Assembly (NCBI GenBank): GCA_965240325.2
Contig: OZ251222.1
Location: forward strand, 5,026,636-5,090,635
Origin: Rebecca billardiae RCC1528
Lineage: Eukaryota > Protista > Haptophyta
Direction of reading: 5' to 3'
Length of the DNA stretch: 64,000 nt
The number at the start of each line of letters is the position of its first letter. Position 1 is the first letter of the stretch. Shown here piece by piece: positions 1 to 11,926 of this stretch. The translations under genes and the position numbers were made by a program. Under the pieces are notes generated by a model. It searched no databases. It was not told where the DNA came from and worked only from the letters and a program-made list of their open reading frames with translations.

Positions 1-515
1 CGGTGGCGGTGCGCGCGCGTGGTGGCGGCCGGCTGCCGGCTGGGCGCAGCAGTCCTGGACCCAGCCGCAGGGCCAGGACAGTGCCAGTGGCCCAGGTCCA
101 TCGTCACTCGGCCATGTACGACTGTACGTGACTGTCTCGACAGCACTACTCTTAGGAGTCTGACTCGTCCCGCGAATAATGGCAGCAATCGCTCCGAATG
201 ACTGCACGGTCCAGTGCAGCAGCAGGTCAGGCGGCGCGGCCGTTCTGCGGCCAGGCTCAACGGTGTGACAGTAGTCGGATCGGTCCGCTGAGACACGCTC
301 GCGCGCAGAGCCGGCACGCTACTGTACGGGGATTGGGAACGGGCGCGTGGCCGGTCCCGACTGGCCCGGTCTGCCGGTCACGGTGGCGGCTGCTTGCGCC
401 GCCCGGCCCCGTGGGCGCCGGCGGCGGCCGACCGCACGGCCTGACATCTGGCAGGCGCGGGGGCGGGCGAGGGCGACCCCACGTGCGCGGGGCGCGCGCA
501 CCGCGCGCGCAGCCC

Positions 516-1511
516 TCAGCCGCCCCCCGCGGCCGGGCCGGGCGGGCGCGGCCCGTCCGGCGCCGCGCGTGCTGCGCCGCGCCACGCCGCCCAGCGGCGC
601 GGCGCCGGCTCGCCCTCGAGCCGGCGCGGGGCGTGGCGCCAGCCGGGCAGCTCGGCGTCGACGAAGCGGCGCAGCGTGCGCGGCAGCGCGCGCCAGCGCC
701 GCAGCCGCACGCAGCGCAGGCTGAGCAGGCACGGCCCCGCGCGCGCGCCGCCCGCCCAGTGCGGCGCGGGCCCCAGCTTGGTGCACGTGCCCAGCACGCG
801 CCCGCGCGCGCGCCAGTACGCGTACCGCTCGAGCTCGCGCAGCGCGGGCGCGGCGGCGGCGCGCGCGCCGGCGTTGCCGCCCGTGCTGAACGTGAGGCCG
901 AGCGGCGCGCGCACGTTCAGCGCCACCGCCGGCTCGGCGCGCTCGGCGGCGGGCTCGGCGGGCGGCGCGTGCAGCGCGGGCGAGAGCAGCAGCACGCGGC
1001 CGTGCGGCGTGCGCGCGCGGCCGCCGTGCGCGCACGTGGCCTCGAGCGCGGGCGCGCGCGCGTGGGCGCGCGCGCGCACGCGCAGCGCCGCGCCCGGCGC
1101 GCCGCCGTCCAGCGCCGCCGTCACGCGCAGCGCGGGCTGCGCGGAGACGGCGAGGCCGACGCCGTCGCGCCGCACGAGCACCTCGCCGCTCGCCGGGTCG
1201 CGGAAGACGCTGAGCTTGCGGCAGAGCACGGCCATGGCGGTGGCGTTGGAGTGGCGCGCGTCGTCGCGGCACACCTCCAGCGCCTCCGCCGCGGCGAGCA
1301 CGCGCCCCGTCCGCAGCGAGACGAGCTCGCCCTCGCCGTACCAGTAGCTGGTGCCGACGCGCGCCGCGCGCAGCGCGCGCAGCTCGCGCAGCTCGTCGCG
1401 CCGCCAGGCCGCGGCGCGGCGCGGCGCGGCGAGGAGGAGCACGCCGATCATCGCGCCCGCCCGCGCCGCGCCGCCGCCGCCGGCCGCCCGCGCGGTCGCC
1501 GCCGCCGTCAT
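516..1511 (-). CDS. Hypothetical protein (weak resemblance to DUF1838-like proteins)
   Basis: Long ORF with strong G/C third-position bias and non-low-complexity segments (SYWYGEGELVSLRTGRVL...VLCRKLSVFRDPASGEVL). The start is uncertain (ATG 1511, a downstream ATG at MIGVLLLAA, or 1601). The family guess rests only on the RDPxSGEVL-like motif. Confidence 0.55.
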   Translation of the reverse strand: MTAAATARAAGGGGAARAGAMIGVLLLAAPRRAAAWRRDELRELRALRAARVGTSYWYGEGELVSLRTGRVLAAAEALEVCRDDARHSNATAMAVLCRKLSVFRDPASGEVLVRRDGVGLAVSAQPALRVTAALDGGAPGAALRVRARAHARAPALEATCAHGGRARTPHGRVLLLSPALHAPPAEPAAERAEPAVALNVRAPLGLTFSTGGNAGARAAAAPALRELERYAYWRARGRVLGTCTKLGPAPHWAGGARAGPCLLSLRCVRLRRWRALPRTLRRFVDAELPGWRHAPRRLEGEPAPRRWAAWRGAARAAPDGPRPPGPAAGGG

Positions 1512-1743
1512 CGGTGCGGACTCGTCGTCGTGCCACGAGTCGCGAAGGTGGAGGTTCGACCGGCCGTTTTTCGTGGGTCCGGACAAGAATCCATTATCCA
1601 TCTCTCAGCTGCTGGGCTTTGAGCCAGCTTCAGCGCGGTGGAACGCTGGAGCGACCGGTGCCGTGCAGGAGGCGGCAGCGCGGGCCGGGCGATCGATCCC
1701 GGCGCCCGCCGCGTCAGATGCGAGTGGCGCGGCGACTGAGCCC

Positions 1744-2220
1744 ATGGAGCCGAAGTACGAGGGCCTGGACATCCGCCCGCTCTGCATCAGCGAGCCGTCC
1801 ACGAAGGACGTGAAGCTGGTGCGGCTGTGCGGCGTGAAGGCGCTCGCCGCATCGACCGCGTCCGCTGAGATTGTCGCCGTGTCCGGCATCCGCGCGCTCT
1901 CGGCCAACACCGCCGCGCCGTTCGTCGTCGAGGCGGTGGGGCTCGACGTGTTCAATGCGTACGTCGTCTCGCCCCTCCCGCTCCTGCTCACCGGCATCGA
2001 GGTCGGCAACCTGTACGCGGGCGCGCCCTCGCTCGCCGCGCTCAGCGGAGGCGTGTTCCTCTCGTCGCTGATCGCCTCGCCGGTCGGCGCGAGCGCGACG
2101 GGGGTGACGGGGTACAACCTCGAGGTGGGCAGCCCCGACGGGGCGTGGGTCGTCGGCCTCGAGGCCGCGCCGTCGTACGTCGTGGGCGGCAGCGCAGGCC
2201 ATGGCGGTAGCGGGCACTGA
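1744..2220 (+). CDS. Hypothetical protein, divergently oriented to the 516-1511 gene
   Basis: ATG 1744 (MEPKYEGLDIRP...) with coding-like codon usage and a Gly/Val/Ala-rich hydrophobic C-terminal half. The 3' end could be spliced. Confidence 0.45.
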   Translation: MEPKYEGLDIRPLCISEPSTKDVKLVRLCGVKALAASTASAEIVAVSGIRALSANTAAPFVVEAVGLDVFNAYVVSPLPLLLTGIEVGNLYAGAPSLAALSGGVFLSSLIASPVGASATGVTGYNLEVGSPDGAWVVGLEAAPSYVVGGSAGHGGSGH

Positions 2221-3297
2221 CGTCTGCCGTGCGCCACCGCGGCGGCGGCCCGTGACCTCCGTGTCCTGGTGGAAGACGGGCAGTGCTTGGCGCACGGTCC
2301 GCCCCAGCGCGGTGGCCCACCGTCGAGCACCGCCACCCGCCACCGCGCGGCGCCGTGCAGCGGAGGCCCGGCGGCGGGGCGGGGGGCCGGCAGCCGAGCA
2401 CGGCCGTCACCGCGGGGCGGCCGCGGCGCCGGCGGGCGCGGCGCCGTCCGGCCTTATTGCCCTTGGAGGCTTGCTGCAGTTATACCACTGCGGGTCGCCT
2501 TAGGACCCGTTTATATCCCGCGACCGGAGTCCGAGTATAAGCTTGTTGGAGGGGTCGCGCGAACCGATTTAGCTCATCATCAGTCATCGTTTCGATTCGG
2601 GCTCATCAATTCATGAGACATTCTGAATCAACCCCTCCGCCAACATAACCGTAGTAAGTAGTCTCCTGTTGGACACCCATCGAGGGGCTGTAGTCCTGTC
2701 GTCCGCCAGTGATTGTATTCACACTGGTGCTGCATGCGGCCGCGTTTTGGTGAGCCTGTTAAACATCCAGACCACTCTATCTCTACTGCTGCAAGATGCC
2801 AGTCATCGTCTGCCATACCGGATCAACTAGTCATGGACAGCGCAGCAGTCGTCCATGATCCTCATCCCACCTCGTGGGCGAGCGCGTGCCTCCGGGAACC
2901 CAAACAACCTGAGTACATCCCATCCCACAAGGACGTCGCGCGCGTGACGGGCTGTCTGGGCTCTCCGCCGCCGTGCGCTGGCAAGGGGTGCACACTAGTG
3001 CGGAAAGACTGTGGCGTGAACGGTCGCGCGCGGCGTGGCGACGAACGGGACCGCGCGATCGCACACAGCCGCGCGGATGGCAAACGGCATGCCACAGCGC
3101 CGCTGCCGCCGCCCAAGCGAGGTCGCGAGCGACTGCCCTTCGGATCGCGAGCCAGCGGCCCCGCGCCCCTCCCGCCGCCGGGGGCGAACTGACCGGCTCA
3201 CCGCCGTGGGCCCGTGGCGCGACTTTCTGTTTCCGAAAGTTTTGTCGACGCTAACCTGTGGCTTATCTCCTAAACCCCTGGACGGGTAAATCCAGGT

Positions 3298-3432
3298 CCC
3301 CCCCCCCCCCCCCCCCCCGGCCCACCGCCAAGTGGGTTGTAGGTACATACTCCCCCCCTCCCCCCCCTCCCGCGCGGAGCGCGGGAGGGGCCCTCCGCGC
3401 GGAGCGCGGGAAATCCCGCGCGGAGCGCGGGA
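3298..3432. repeat. Poly-C tracts plus three copies of CGCGGAGCGCGGGA
   Basis: C-run at 3298-3318, further C-runs near 3352-3370, and the motif repeated three times between about 3372 and 3432. Confidence 0.7.
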
Positions 3433-3789
3433 CGATTTTTTGGGAGATGCGTCCGCCACCGCCGATGAGAACAACGGTCGACGAAAATCCGAGACCGAAG
3501 AGTAAGACCGCGGACGTCCGCGGTTGTGCTCAAGGCAGGTGTCAGTGACGCCACGGTCAGTGACAGCGCCGCCGCAGATGTATAGTAGACATGCAGTTCA
3601 GACCTGTCTGCGCGCACGCCGCACGCGCCCGGCTGCGCGCCACTGACGACGTCCGCTCCTAGTCCTGTCAGAGCCTGCGTGCGGTGCCGTCATATGTTGG
3701 CACCATTCAGACCATTTATGACTCGGTCGAGAGACAGACAATCACTGGCAGCAATAATAACTATAGAGAATATCATTATATAAAAATAA

Positions 3790-4855
3790 GCAGACGGTCT
3801 GTCACGTGAAGAAACTGGGACTTCCTATCTGCGGATCTGGCCAAGAAACTGAGACTACGAGCCCCTGCTGACTGCCGCTGCCGGGCCGCCTGCGTCGGCG
3901 CCCTGGCGGCCGGCCCGCAGCCGCTCGGGCTGCGCGCGGTGCGGAGCGCGCCTAGCCTGGACTCCTAGGCACGTCATCAGCGCGCGCTGTTCTCGACCCG
4001 ACTGGCGACTCTGGCTACAGGCAATTGCGGGCACGCAATAAGGAGCTGTCACGTTAAGAAACTGGGGCTTGCTATCTGCGGATCTGGCCTAGAAACTGAG
4101 ACTAGCGATTGGCTGGTTCGCTATACGCATAGTCACACTAAGAAACCGGGACTACGTCGTCGCGGCTGACGAGTGGTCCGCCGAGGCACAGTCGGCCAGT
4201 GGGACGCGGCGCGCGGCCCGACTACGAGTACAGGCCGCCACGCGTCCCGACTTCTCCTGATGATGACTGACTCCTGGCCAGTGCACCGCAGCATCCATGC
4301 GACATCATGCCAGATTTGCTCCAAAATGATGGCCCGCCATTTTTTTCTTCGGCCTCGCCGGCCGGGCCTAAAGACTCAGCGGGGGCTCTGCCCCCCTGCG
4401 CCCCCCGCGCCTGCGCGGCGGGCGGACCTAGCTAAGAAACTGAGACTCCGTAGGGGCTCGGGCTACCGCCGCGGCTAAGAAACCGAGACTAGCAGTGAGA
4501 TCTCTGACTTCTTATTGCCAGCGATTGCCTGTATAGTGCGCCGGCACCATGCAAAAGCATGCCAGATTTGCTCCAAAATGGCCCAAAAGTTTCTCCGGCC
4601 TCGCCGGCCGGGCCTAAAGGTCTACTCAGCAGGGGGCTCTGCCCCCCTGCACCTGCGCGGCGGGCGGACCTACTTATACGGGAAATGAGACTCCGCCGCC
4701 TAGGCGCTAGGGCTACCGAACTGCTAACTGCTAAGACGAAACCGAGACTAGCCGTTGGATCTCTGACGAATTCTTACGCCAGCAGTTTTATATATCCCAT
4801 GGCCCAAATCCAGCCAAAGAGTAGGCCCAAAACAAACCTTCGCCTTGGGCCTGTG
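3790..4855 (+). repeat. Dispersed repeat element, copy A, with internal duplications and a GGGGGCTCTGCCCCCC hairpin
   Basis: AAGAAACTGG..CTT.CTATCTGCGGATCTGGCC.AGAAACTGAGACTA at ~3809 and ~4056. A ~230-bp block (CATGCCAGATTTGCTCCAAAATG...GGGGGCTCTGCCCCCCTGC...GAGACTAGC) occurs at ~4306 and ~4558. A homologous degenerate copy lies at 13530-14340. Confidence 0.75.
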
Positions 4856-5280
4856 AGGCTCTGGTTGAGGGCTCCGCTGCGTTTTTTGTCGGGCCTGGGC
4901 CGCAACCCGCGAACAATTCACGCTTTTTTTCGCGATGCCCGCGGTTCTGCCTTCCCATTGGTCGGTCGATGGATCATCTCAACTTCTCCCGGGACAAAGT
5001 GAGACATATTATCTCAATAGCATCTTTATGAATCTTTGGAATCAAAGTTGAAAGAGCCAATCGTCATCCCGAAAGGCACGATGATGCCGATTCGGCCTAG
5101 CTGCAATCTTGTTAGCATCTCGGCCACTGTTCGCTGGATTTGTGCGGGTTTCTCAGCGGTCGAAGGGGTCTCAAGCAAAGTTGAAGGCTTGCGGGAGCGG
5201 AAAACTAGGAGACCGCGGCGAAGTGGCGACAGCTTGCGAAGGGCGTCCACGATGGGCCATACGGCTTACTGTGCAAGGCA

Positions 5281-5710
5281 ACTCGTGCGGGATCGGGCGC
5301 GTACGGCGACGTTTGCATGGTCGTCAATGCGCAGGGTGGGCGGCCTGCGGTGAAACTCACACGACGCCCGACCGCTGGCAACCACACCGCCGTCAGGCCG
5401 AGCTTGGCCGCACCCCGCGTGCGGCGTGGACCGGCCGCCGAGTGGCTTGCGGCCCGCTCAGCACGTACGTCGTCTCACGCATCGGGCCGAAGCAGAAGCG
5501 GCGGTACATGAAGCTGGCAGACTCGGTCATGGAGTGCTTGTCGGTGCCGTCGAACGTCCACCCACCGACGTCCGTGCCGATGCCAAACTCCTTCTGCTGG
5601 CATCCGAGGCACTCGATGATCACGCCCTTCGCCTTCGGCTTGTGGAGGCGTCCACGGCGTACCCGTATTGATTGGGACAGGCGATGCGCGAGGACAGCTG
5701 AGGGCAAGCC
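5281..5710 (+). pseudogene. Protein kinase N-lobe fragment (degraded)
   Basis: In the frame of ATG 5317 the upstream sequence reads TRAGSGAYGDVCMVVNAQGGRPAVKLTR, i.e. a GxGxYGxV glycine loop plus the AVK lysine. It is frameshifted and stopped downstream, and no HRD or DFG was found. Confidence 0.6.
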
Positions 5711-6266
5711 AGCCCGCGCGGTCCGAGCGTGCGCAGCGCGCGCCGCTGGGCTTGCGTGGCGGCAACAGGCTCCGTTGTGCGGCAGACGGTCGAGTCCGGG
5801 GCGCACACGTGCTGACGCAGTCGCCTACGCAACTGGCTTCGGCTGCCGTGCCTTCGCGGTCGTGCACCAAGCCTGCGTCGCCGCGCGCCGACGCGCCGCC
5901 GGCGCGGCGGAGTGCGGGACGCGGTGCCGCCGCCAGTCAGTCGTCCGGCTGACGAGTCCGCGTCGTTCAGTCACACACGGACGACGGCTGCCGCGTAATG
6001 ACCGGGCTGGCCCGCGGCCGCCCACCCAGCCAGTCCCAGGGTGTCCGGAGTCGTGACCGTTGGCAACGGTCACGACAGTGCTCAGGCCTCCTCCGAGAAG
6101 TTCGGCGCGTCGGGCTCGATCGTCATGCCGGCTGTCATGCCGCGCGCGCTAAATATTATCGTCGTCGATCGATTAATAATCTAAACGGGCGCCGTCGCCA
6201 TTGCAAACTTATTCAAAACTTAAACTACGTCCGTACCGTCGGCTAGTACCGCTCAGATACTGCTCC

Positions 6267-9096
6267 AGCAGTCAGACTGTCAGTCCGACGGTCACTCCGG
6301 GACCGCCGGACTCAGACTCAGTGCGTGACTTGTACTCTCCGGACCGGCACGGATGACCGCACGGTCCGACAGACGAGTCGGATCGACGGAGACAGGAGAG
6401 CCAGACTGAGACACGCGTCAGTTCGATAACGTGAGACAGTCATAGCACCGTACTCCGTAGTAGCCGACGAGGGCTCGGACAGTCGGACTCGACGTGTCAG
6501 TCCGTCAGACCGTCCGCCGTACGCGTCAGTGACGAGACAGCGGCGCCAGTCGGTCGCCAGTCGAGTCACTGACGTCGAGTGCGGCACCGGGGCGGGAGCC
6601 GGAGCCGCTGTCCGAGTGGCACGCGGGTCCGAGCAGTTACACCGTGACGCCCGGCCTAAGTCGGTCCGCGCAAGACAGAAGTCGTGAGAAGACGCCGGCG
6701 GATCTGATCTGACTTACTGAGACTGAGCAGATGGCATCATATTCATATATAGCAGCATGCTGATCATATAATTATTATAAGTATATACCAGGTGGCCGCA
6801 CGCCCTGCCTGAACCGGCAGCCGCGCTTTAGGGAAACACCATCCGGGGGGCCGCCTTTCACTTAAGGACACGCGGGTGGGTGATTACTGAACACGTGAAC
6901 CATGTCCTTTTCGGACATACGCACACGCAAGATCTTGGGTACGCAGTCATACTATCTGAATCCTGAGCGCCCACAAGCCCTCTTGGGTCCATGATAGTCT
7001 GCCTCGTCAGCGAGCGTCCAAAAGCGAATCCGACGAAAGTTTTTGATTGAAAGCGAGCGCTTTCTCCAGACGAGACGGATTCCATTCTGGTCCGCTCGTT
7101 CCGAACCAAAAGGTCATGGATGCCGTTCCACGGCGCGCGCGCTGTTGGGGCGGGCGGCGAAGCGGTTTTGTCGGTGGGGTACGGTACAGTCTGTGGCGGG
7201 CCGGCGGTGGGTGAGCTACCTATGCAGTTTAGTTGCGCACGCTCGCTCGACGGCAGACCGGCCATAATCATGCAAGTAGCAATAGCATCAAGCTGTATGT
7301 GTCCGCCACTCCGCCAAGTCAAGAAGTGCTAGTCCCTACTTAGTTACGCCGGCGGCCGGCGGGCACATATCATTCACTAGAGACGGCACCCTCGACGCCA
7401 CTATTGGCCTTCCGTACCCCGCCCGCCGCAAGCCCGCCGCACAATACTCAGCCGCGCTTGGCACTTCCACGCCGTCATCGGATCGGAGATGAAGACGGAC
7501 TGCCTGGTCACAGCCTTTGACCTCCCCCTCCAGGGCTGGGGCACGCTGCGAGCGTACCACGAGCCGATGGGCCCGACGAAGCGTGACCTGGCGAAGTGCA
7601 TCCACTACTGCCAGAAGGAGGGGCCGTCCAACTTCATCATCAGCGCCAACTGGGCAACCATTCCAGAGCACGTGTGCGGCGTCGACTGGGCGCGCGCGCT
7701 GCACGCAGCACAGTCTGCAGACGAGGCAGCGGACATCTTGCAGTGCGAGCACCCGTCGATCTACTACCGCTACGGCCATGCCGTGCTCGCCATGATCCGC
7801 CACCGACACGGCAGCGGCGTCACGCCGCGCTTCGCCATGAGCTCGTTTGCGCGACTGCCGCTCGACCTCTCTGATGGGATGGCTGTCGTGCTCGCAGGTG
7901 GATCCGGCCACGGCAAGACGGAGTTCGGGCTGTCGCACTTCGAGAACCCTCTTCTCGTGTCCGAGATGGATGACCTGAAGGATTTGACGGCTCGCAACGA
8001 CGGTATCGTCTTCGACGACATGGATTTCACGCACATGACGGCCAAGGCCGTGATCAAGATGCTCGACCCCAACTACGAGCGATCGGTGCACACGCGCTAC
8101 ACGAATGCCAAGATCCCCGCAGACATGCCACGCGTGTTCACGACAAATCTGGCCATGCAGTACCCCTACGAGCACATCTTCCCGCCCGGTCGCAACCTCG
8201 AGCAGCAGCGTGCGCTCAACCGCCGCTTCAAAGTCGTGACGGTCGATGCCGACCTCTTTGCGGCGGCTCCCGCCGCCGGCGCGTCAGCGGCTGCCGTGCA
8301 GACGTGAGCCATCAGCAAGCGTGCGTCGGTGCATAGCCGCAAGATGCCCTGCTCAGCCCAGCTGAGCTGCTCAGACTGGCTTGACCCTCACGCTAGTGCC
8401 AGGCGGCCTGGCGGTGAGGCGCCGCGGCAGCGGGCCGCCCTTTCGTCAGCGGACTCAGCTGCGGCCCCGCCCTCTCTCGAGCGGCTTGCGGCGAGGGCGA
8501 GAACAGCGGTGAAACTGAAAACATGGGTTTCCTCGGGCCAATCAGGTTAGCGCAAACACACCGCGCAGCCTGAATGCGTTGAGAGGAGCTAGTACACCGA
8601 CCCTGAATAGCCCTATGGACGAACTCGTTTTGCGGATGATGGAGGCCCCCAAGATTCCGCCGATGATTCGGCACGATTAGGGAAGAATGCAAGCGTCCAA
8701 CCGGTACAACATAAGAAGCCGCTGAGAAGTCTAGGCTCAAAAATGACCATAAGCCCCAATCGCGGGGCGTACGGTTGCGTGTGTTCGACAACTTGACCCT
8801 GAAATCAATTGGAGACCGGGTAGAGCGGTCTAAGGCGCGGCCGGCGTCAGACCGCCGACTCACGCATATGACTTCTCCACCTGGTAATAGATTAAGCATC
8901 AGCCGTACCGCAGCAGTAAGGCTGATGTAGGCCGCCTGCGCGGCCCTGAGCGGGAGCCTGATGCCAGCTGACTCCTGTCTGAGGCGCGCCCGGCGCTGCC
9001 GCGCCCGGCACCCGGCTCCGGCGCGGCCGGTGCAGGTCAGCCGTCACTCGTCAGGGTGTCAGCGGTCAGGACCGCGTCCGGCGTCCAAAATCTACG
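6267..9096 (+). mobile_element. 2,830-bp Rep-encoding unit, copy 1 of a head-to-tail dimer (endogenous CRESS-DNA virus-like or rolling-circle element)
   Basis: The sequence from AGCAGTCAGACTGTC (6267) to CCAAAATCTACG (9096) recurs at +2830. The internal ORFs are duplicated identically in the ORF track, and the unit contains a Rep gene. Confidence 0.85.
7297..8307 (+). pseudogene. rep: CRESS-DNA virus-type replication initiator Rep (HUH endonuclease + SF3 helicase), N-terminus interrupted
   Basis: All motifs lie in one frame. Motif II is WHFHAVI (7459-7479), followed by a GRS-like TAFDL and motif III YCQKEG. The helicase has Walker A GGSGHGKT, Walker B IVFDD, motif C VFTTN and Arg finger ALNRRF. 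The frame is open from 7381 to 8307. Upstream in-frame TAGs at 7330 and 7378 flank a possible motif I (LLSY, 7336-7347) after ATG 7297. Confidence 0.9.
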
Positions 9097-11926
9097 AGCA
9101 GTCAGACTGTCAGTCCGACGGTCACTCCGGGACCGCCGGACTCAGACTCAGTGCGTGACTTGTACTCTCCGGACCGGCACGGATGACCGCACGGTCCGAC
9201 AGACGAGTCGGATCGACGGAGACAGGAGAGCCAGACTGAGACACGCGTCAGTTCGATAACGTGAGACAGTCATAGCACCGTACTCCGTAGTAGCCGACGA
9301 GGGCTCGGACAGTCGGACTCGACGTGTCAGTCCGTCAGACCGTCCGCCGTACGCGTCAGTGACGAGACAGCGGCGCCAGTCGGTCGCCAGTCGAGTCACT
9401 GACGTCGAGTGCGGCACCGGGGCGGGAGCCGGAGCCGCTGTCCGAGTGGCACGCGGGTCCGAGCAGTTACACCGTGACGCCCGGCCTAAGTCGGTCCGCG
9501 CAAGACAGAAGTCGTGAGAAGACGCCGGCGGATCTGATCTGACTTACTGAGACTGAGCAGATGGCATCATATTCATATATAGCAGCATGCTGATCATATA
9601 ATTATTATAAGTATATACCAGGTGGCCGCACGCCCTGCCTGAACCGGCAGCCGCGCTTTAGGGAAACACCATCCGGGGGGCCGCCTTTCACTTAAGGACA
9701 CGCGGGTGGGTGATTACTGAACACGTGAACCATGTCCTTTTCGGACATACGCACACGCAAGATCTTGGGTACGCAGTCATACTATCTGAATCCTGAGCGC
9801 CCACAAGCCCTCTTGGGTCCATGATAGTCTGCCTCGTCAGCGAGCGTCCAAAAGCGAATCCGACGAAAGTTTTTGATTGAAAGCGAGCGCTTTCTCCAGA
9901 CGAGACGGATTCCATTCTGGTCCGCTCGTTCCGAACCAAAAGGTCATGGATGCCGTTCCACGGCGCGCGCGCTGTTGGGGCGGGCGGCGAAGCGGTTTTG
10001 TCGGTGGGGTACGGTACAGTCTGTGGCGGGCCGGCGGTGGGTGAGCTACCTATGCAGTTTAGTTGCGCACGCTCGCTCGACGGCAGACCGGCCATAATCA
10101 TGCAAGTAGCAATAGCATCAAGCTGTATGTGTCCGCCACTCCGCCAAGTCAAGAAGTGCTAGTCCCTACTTAGTTACGCCGGCGGCCGGCGGGCACATAT
10201 CATTCACTAGAGACGGCACCCTCGACGCCACTATTGGCCTTCCGTACCCCGCCCGCCGCAAGCCCGCCGCACAATACTCAGCCGCGCTTGGCACTTCCAC
10301 GCCGTCATCGGATCGGAGATGAAGACGGACTGCCTGGTCACAGCCTTTGACCTCCCCCTCCAGGGCTGGGGCACGCTGCGAGCGTACCACGAGCCGATGG
10401 GCCCGACGAAGCGTGACCTGGCGAAGTGCATCCACTACTGCCAGAAGGAGGGGCCGTCCAACTTCATCATCAGCGCCAACTGGGCAACCATTCCAGAGCA
10501 CGTGTGCGGCGTCGACTGGGCGCGCGCGCTGCACGCAGCACAGTCTGCAGACGAGGCAGCGGACATCTTGCAGTGCGAGCACCCGTCGATCTACTACCGC
10601 TACGGCCATGCCGTGCTCGCCATGATCCGCCACCGACACGGCAGCGGCGTCACGCCGCGCTTCGCCATGAGCTCGTTTGCGCGACTGCCGCTCGACCTCT
10701 CTGATGGGATGGCTGTCGTGCTCGCAGGTGGATCCGGCCACGGCAAGACGGAGTTCGGGCTGTCGCACTTCGAGAACCCTCTTCTCGTGTCCGAGATGGA
10801 TGACCTGAAGGATTTGACGGCTCGCAACGACGGTATCGTCTTCGACGACATGGATTTCACGCACATGACGGCCAAGGCCGTGATCAAGATGCTCGACCCC
10901 AACTACGAGCGATCGGTGCACACGCGCTACACGAATGCCAAGATCCCCGCAGACATGCCACGCGTGTTCACGACAAATCTGGCCATGCAGTACCCCTACG
11001 AGCACATCTTCCCGCCCGGTCGCAACCTCGAGCAGCAGCGTGCGCTCAACCGCCGCTTCAAAGTCGTGACGGTCGATGCCGACCTCTTTGCGGCGGCTCC
11101 CGCCGCCGGCGCGTCAGCGGCTGCCGTGCAGACGTGAGCCATCAGCAAGCGTGCGTCGGTGCATAGCCGCAAGATGCCCTGCTCAGCCCAGCTGAGCTGC
11201 TCAGACTGGCTTGACCCTCACGCTAGTGCCAGGCGGCCTGGCGGTGAGGCGCCGCGGCAGCGGGCCGCCCTTTCGTCAGCGGACTCAGCTGCGGCCCCGC
11301 CCTCTCTCGAGCGGCTTGCGGCGAGGGCGAGAACAGCGGTGAAACTGAAAACATGGGTTTCCTCGGGCCAATCAGGTTAGCGCAAACACACCGCGCAGCC
11401 TGAATGCGTTGAGAGGAGCTAGTACACCGACCCTGAATAGCCCTATGGACGAACTCGTTTTGCGGATGATGGAGGCCCCCAAGATTCCGCCGATGATTCG
11501 GCACGATTAGGGAAGAATGCAAGCGTCCAACCGGTACAACATAAGAAGCCGCTGAGAAGTCTAGGCTCAAAAATGACCATAAGCCCCAATCGCGGGGCGT
11601 ACGGTTGCGTGTGTTCGACAACTTGACCCTGAAATCAATTGGAGACCGGGTAGAGCGGTCTAAGGCGCGGCCGGCGTCAGACCGCCGACTCACGCATATG
11701 ACTTCTCCACCTGGTAATAGATTAAGCATCAGCCGTACCGCAGCAGTAAGGCTGATGTAGGCCGCCTGCGCGGCCCTGAGCGGGAGCCTGATGCCAGCTG
11801 ACTCCTGTCTGAGGCGCGCCCGGCGCTGCCGCGCCCGGCACCCGGCTCCGGCGCGGCCGGTGCAGGTCAGCCGTCACTCGTCAGGGTGTCAGCGGTCAGG
11901 ACCGCGTCCGGCGTCCAAAATCTACG
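9097..11926 (+). mobile_element. 2,830-bp Rep-encoding unit, copy 2 of the head-to-tail dimer
   Basis: Apparently identical to 6267-9096. Similarity ends after the AG at 11927-11928 (2-bp microhomology). Confidence 0.85.
10127..11137 (+). pseudogene. rep: CRESS-type Rep, copy 2
   Basis: ORF 10319..11137 is identical to 7489..8307, with the same upstream HFH motif and the same stops. Confidence 0.9.

Noticed and set aside
6740-6790. AT-rich palindrome TATAATTATTATA (6767-6779) as the CRESS origin nonanucleotide
   Set aside because: It only loosely resembles TAATATTAC/TAATATTAT, has no GC-rich stem, and similar AT patches occur elsewhere (13270, 14215). No convincing origin stem-loop was found in the unit.
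7336-8175. 279-aa antisense ORF overlapping Rep
   Set aside because: Typical shadow ORF caused by G/C third-position bias on the coding strand.
8393-8899. Minus-strand ORFs in the Rep unit (8393-8899 and 6858-7322) as capsid genes
   Set aside because: They are short, lack a basic N-terminal arm or recognisable jelly-roll features, and have no coding-like codon bias. A profile search would be needed to exclude them fully.
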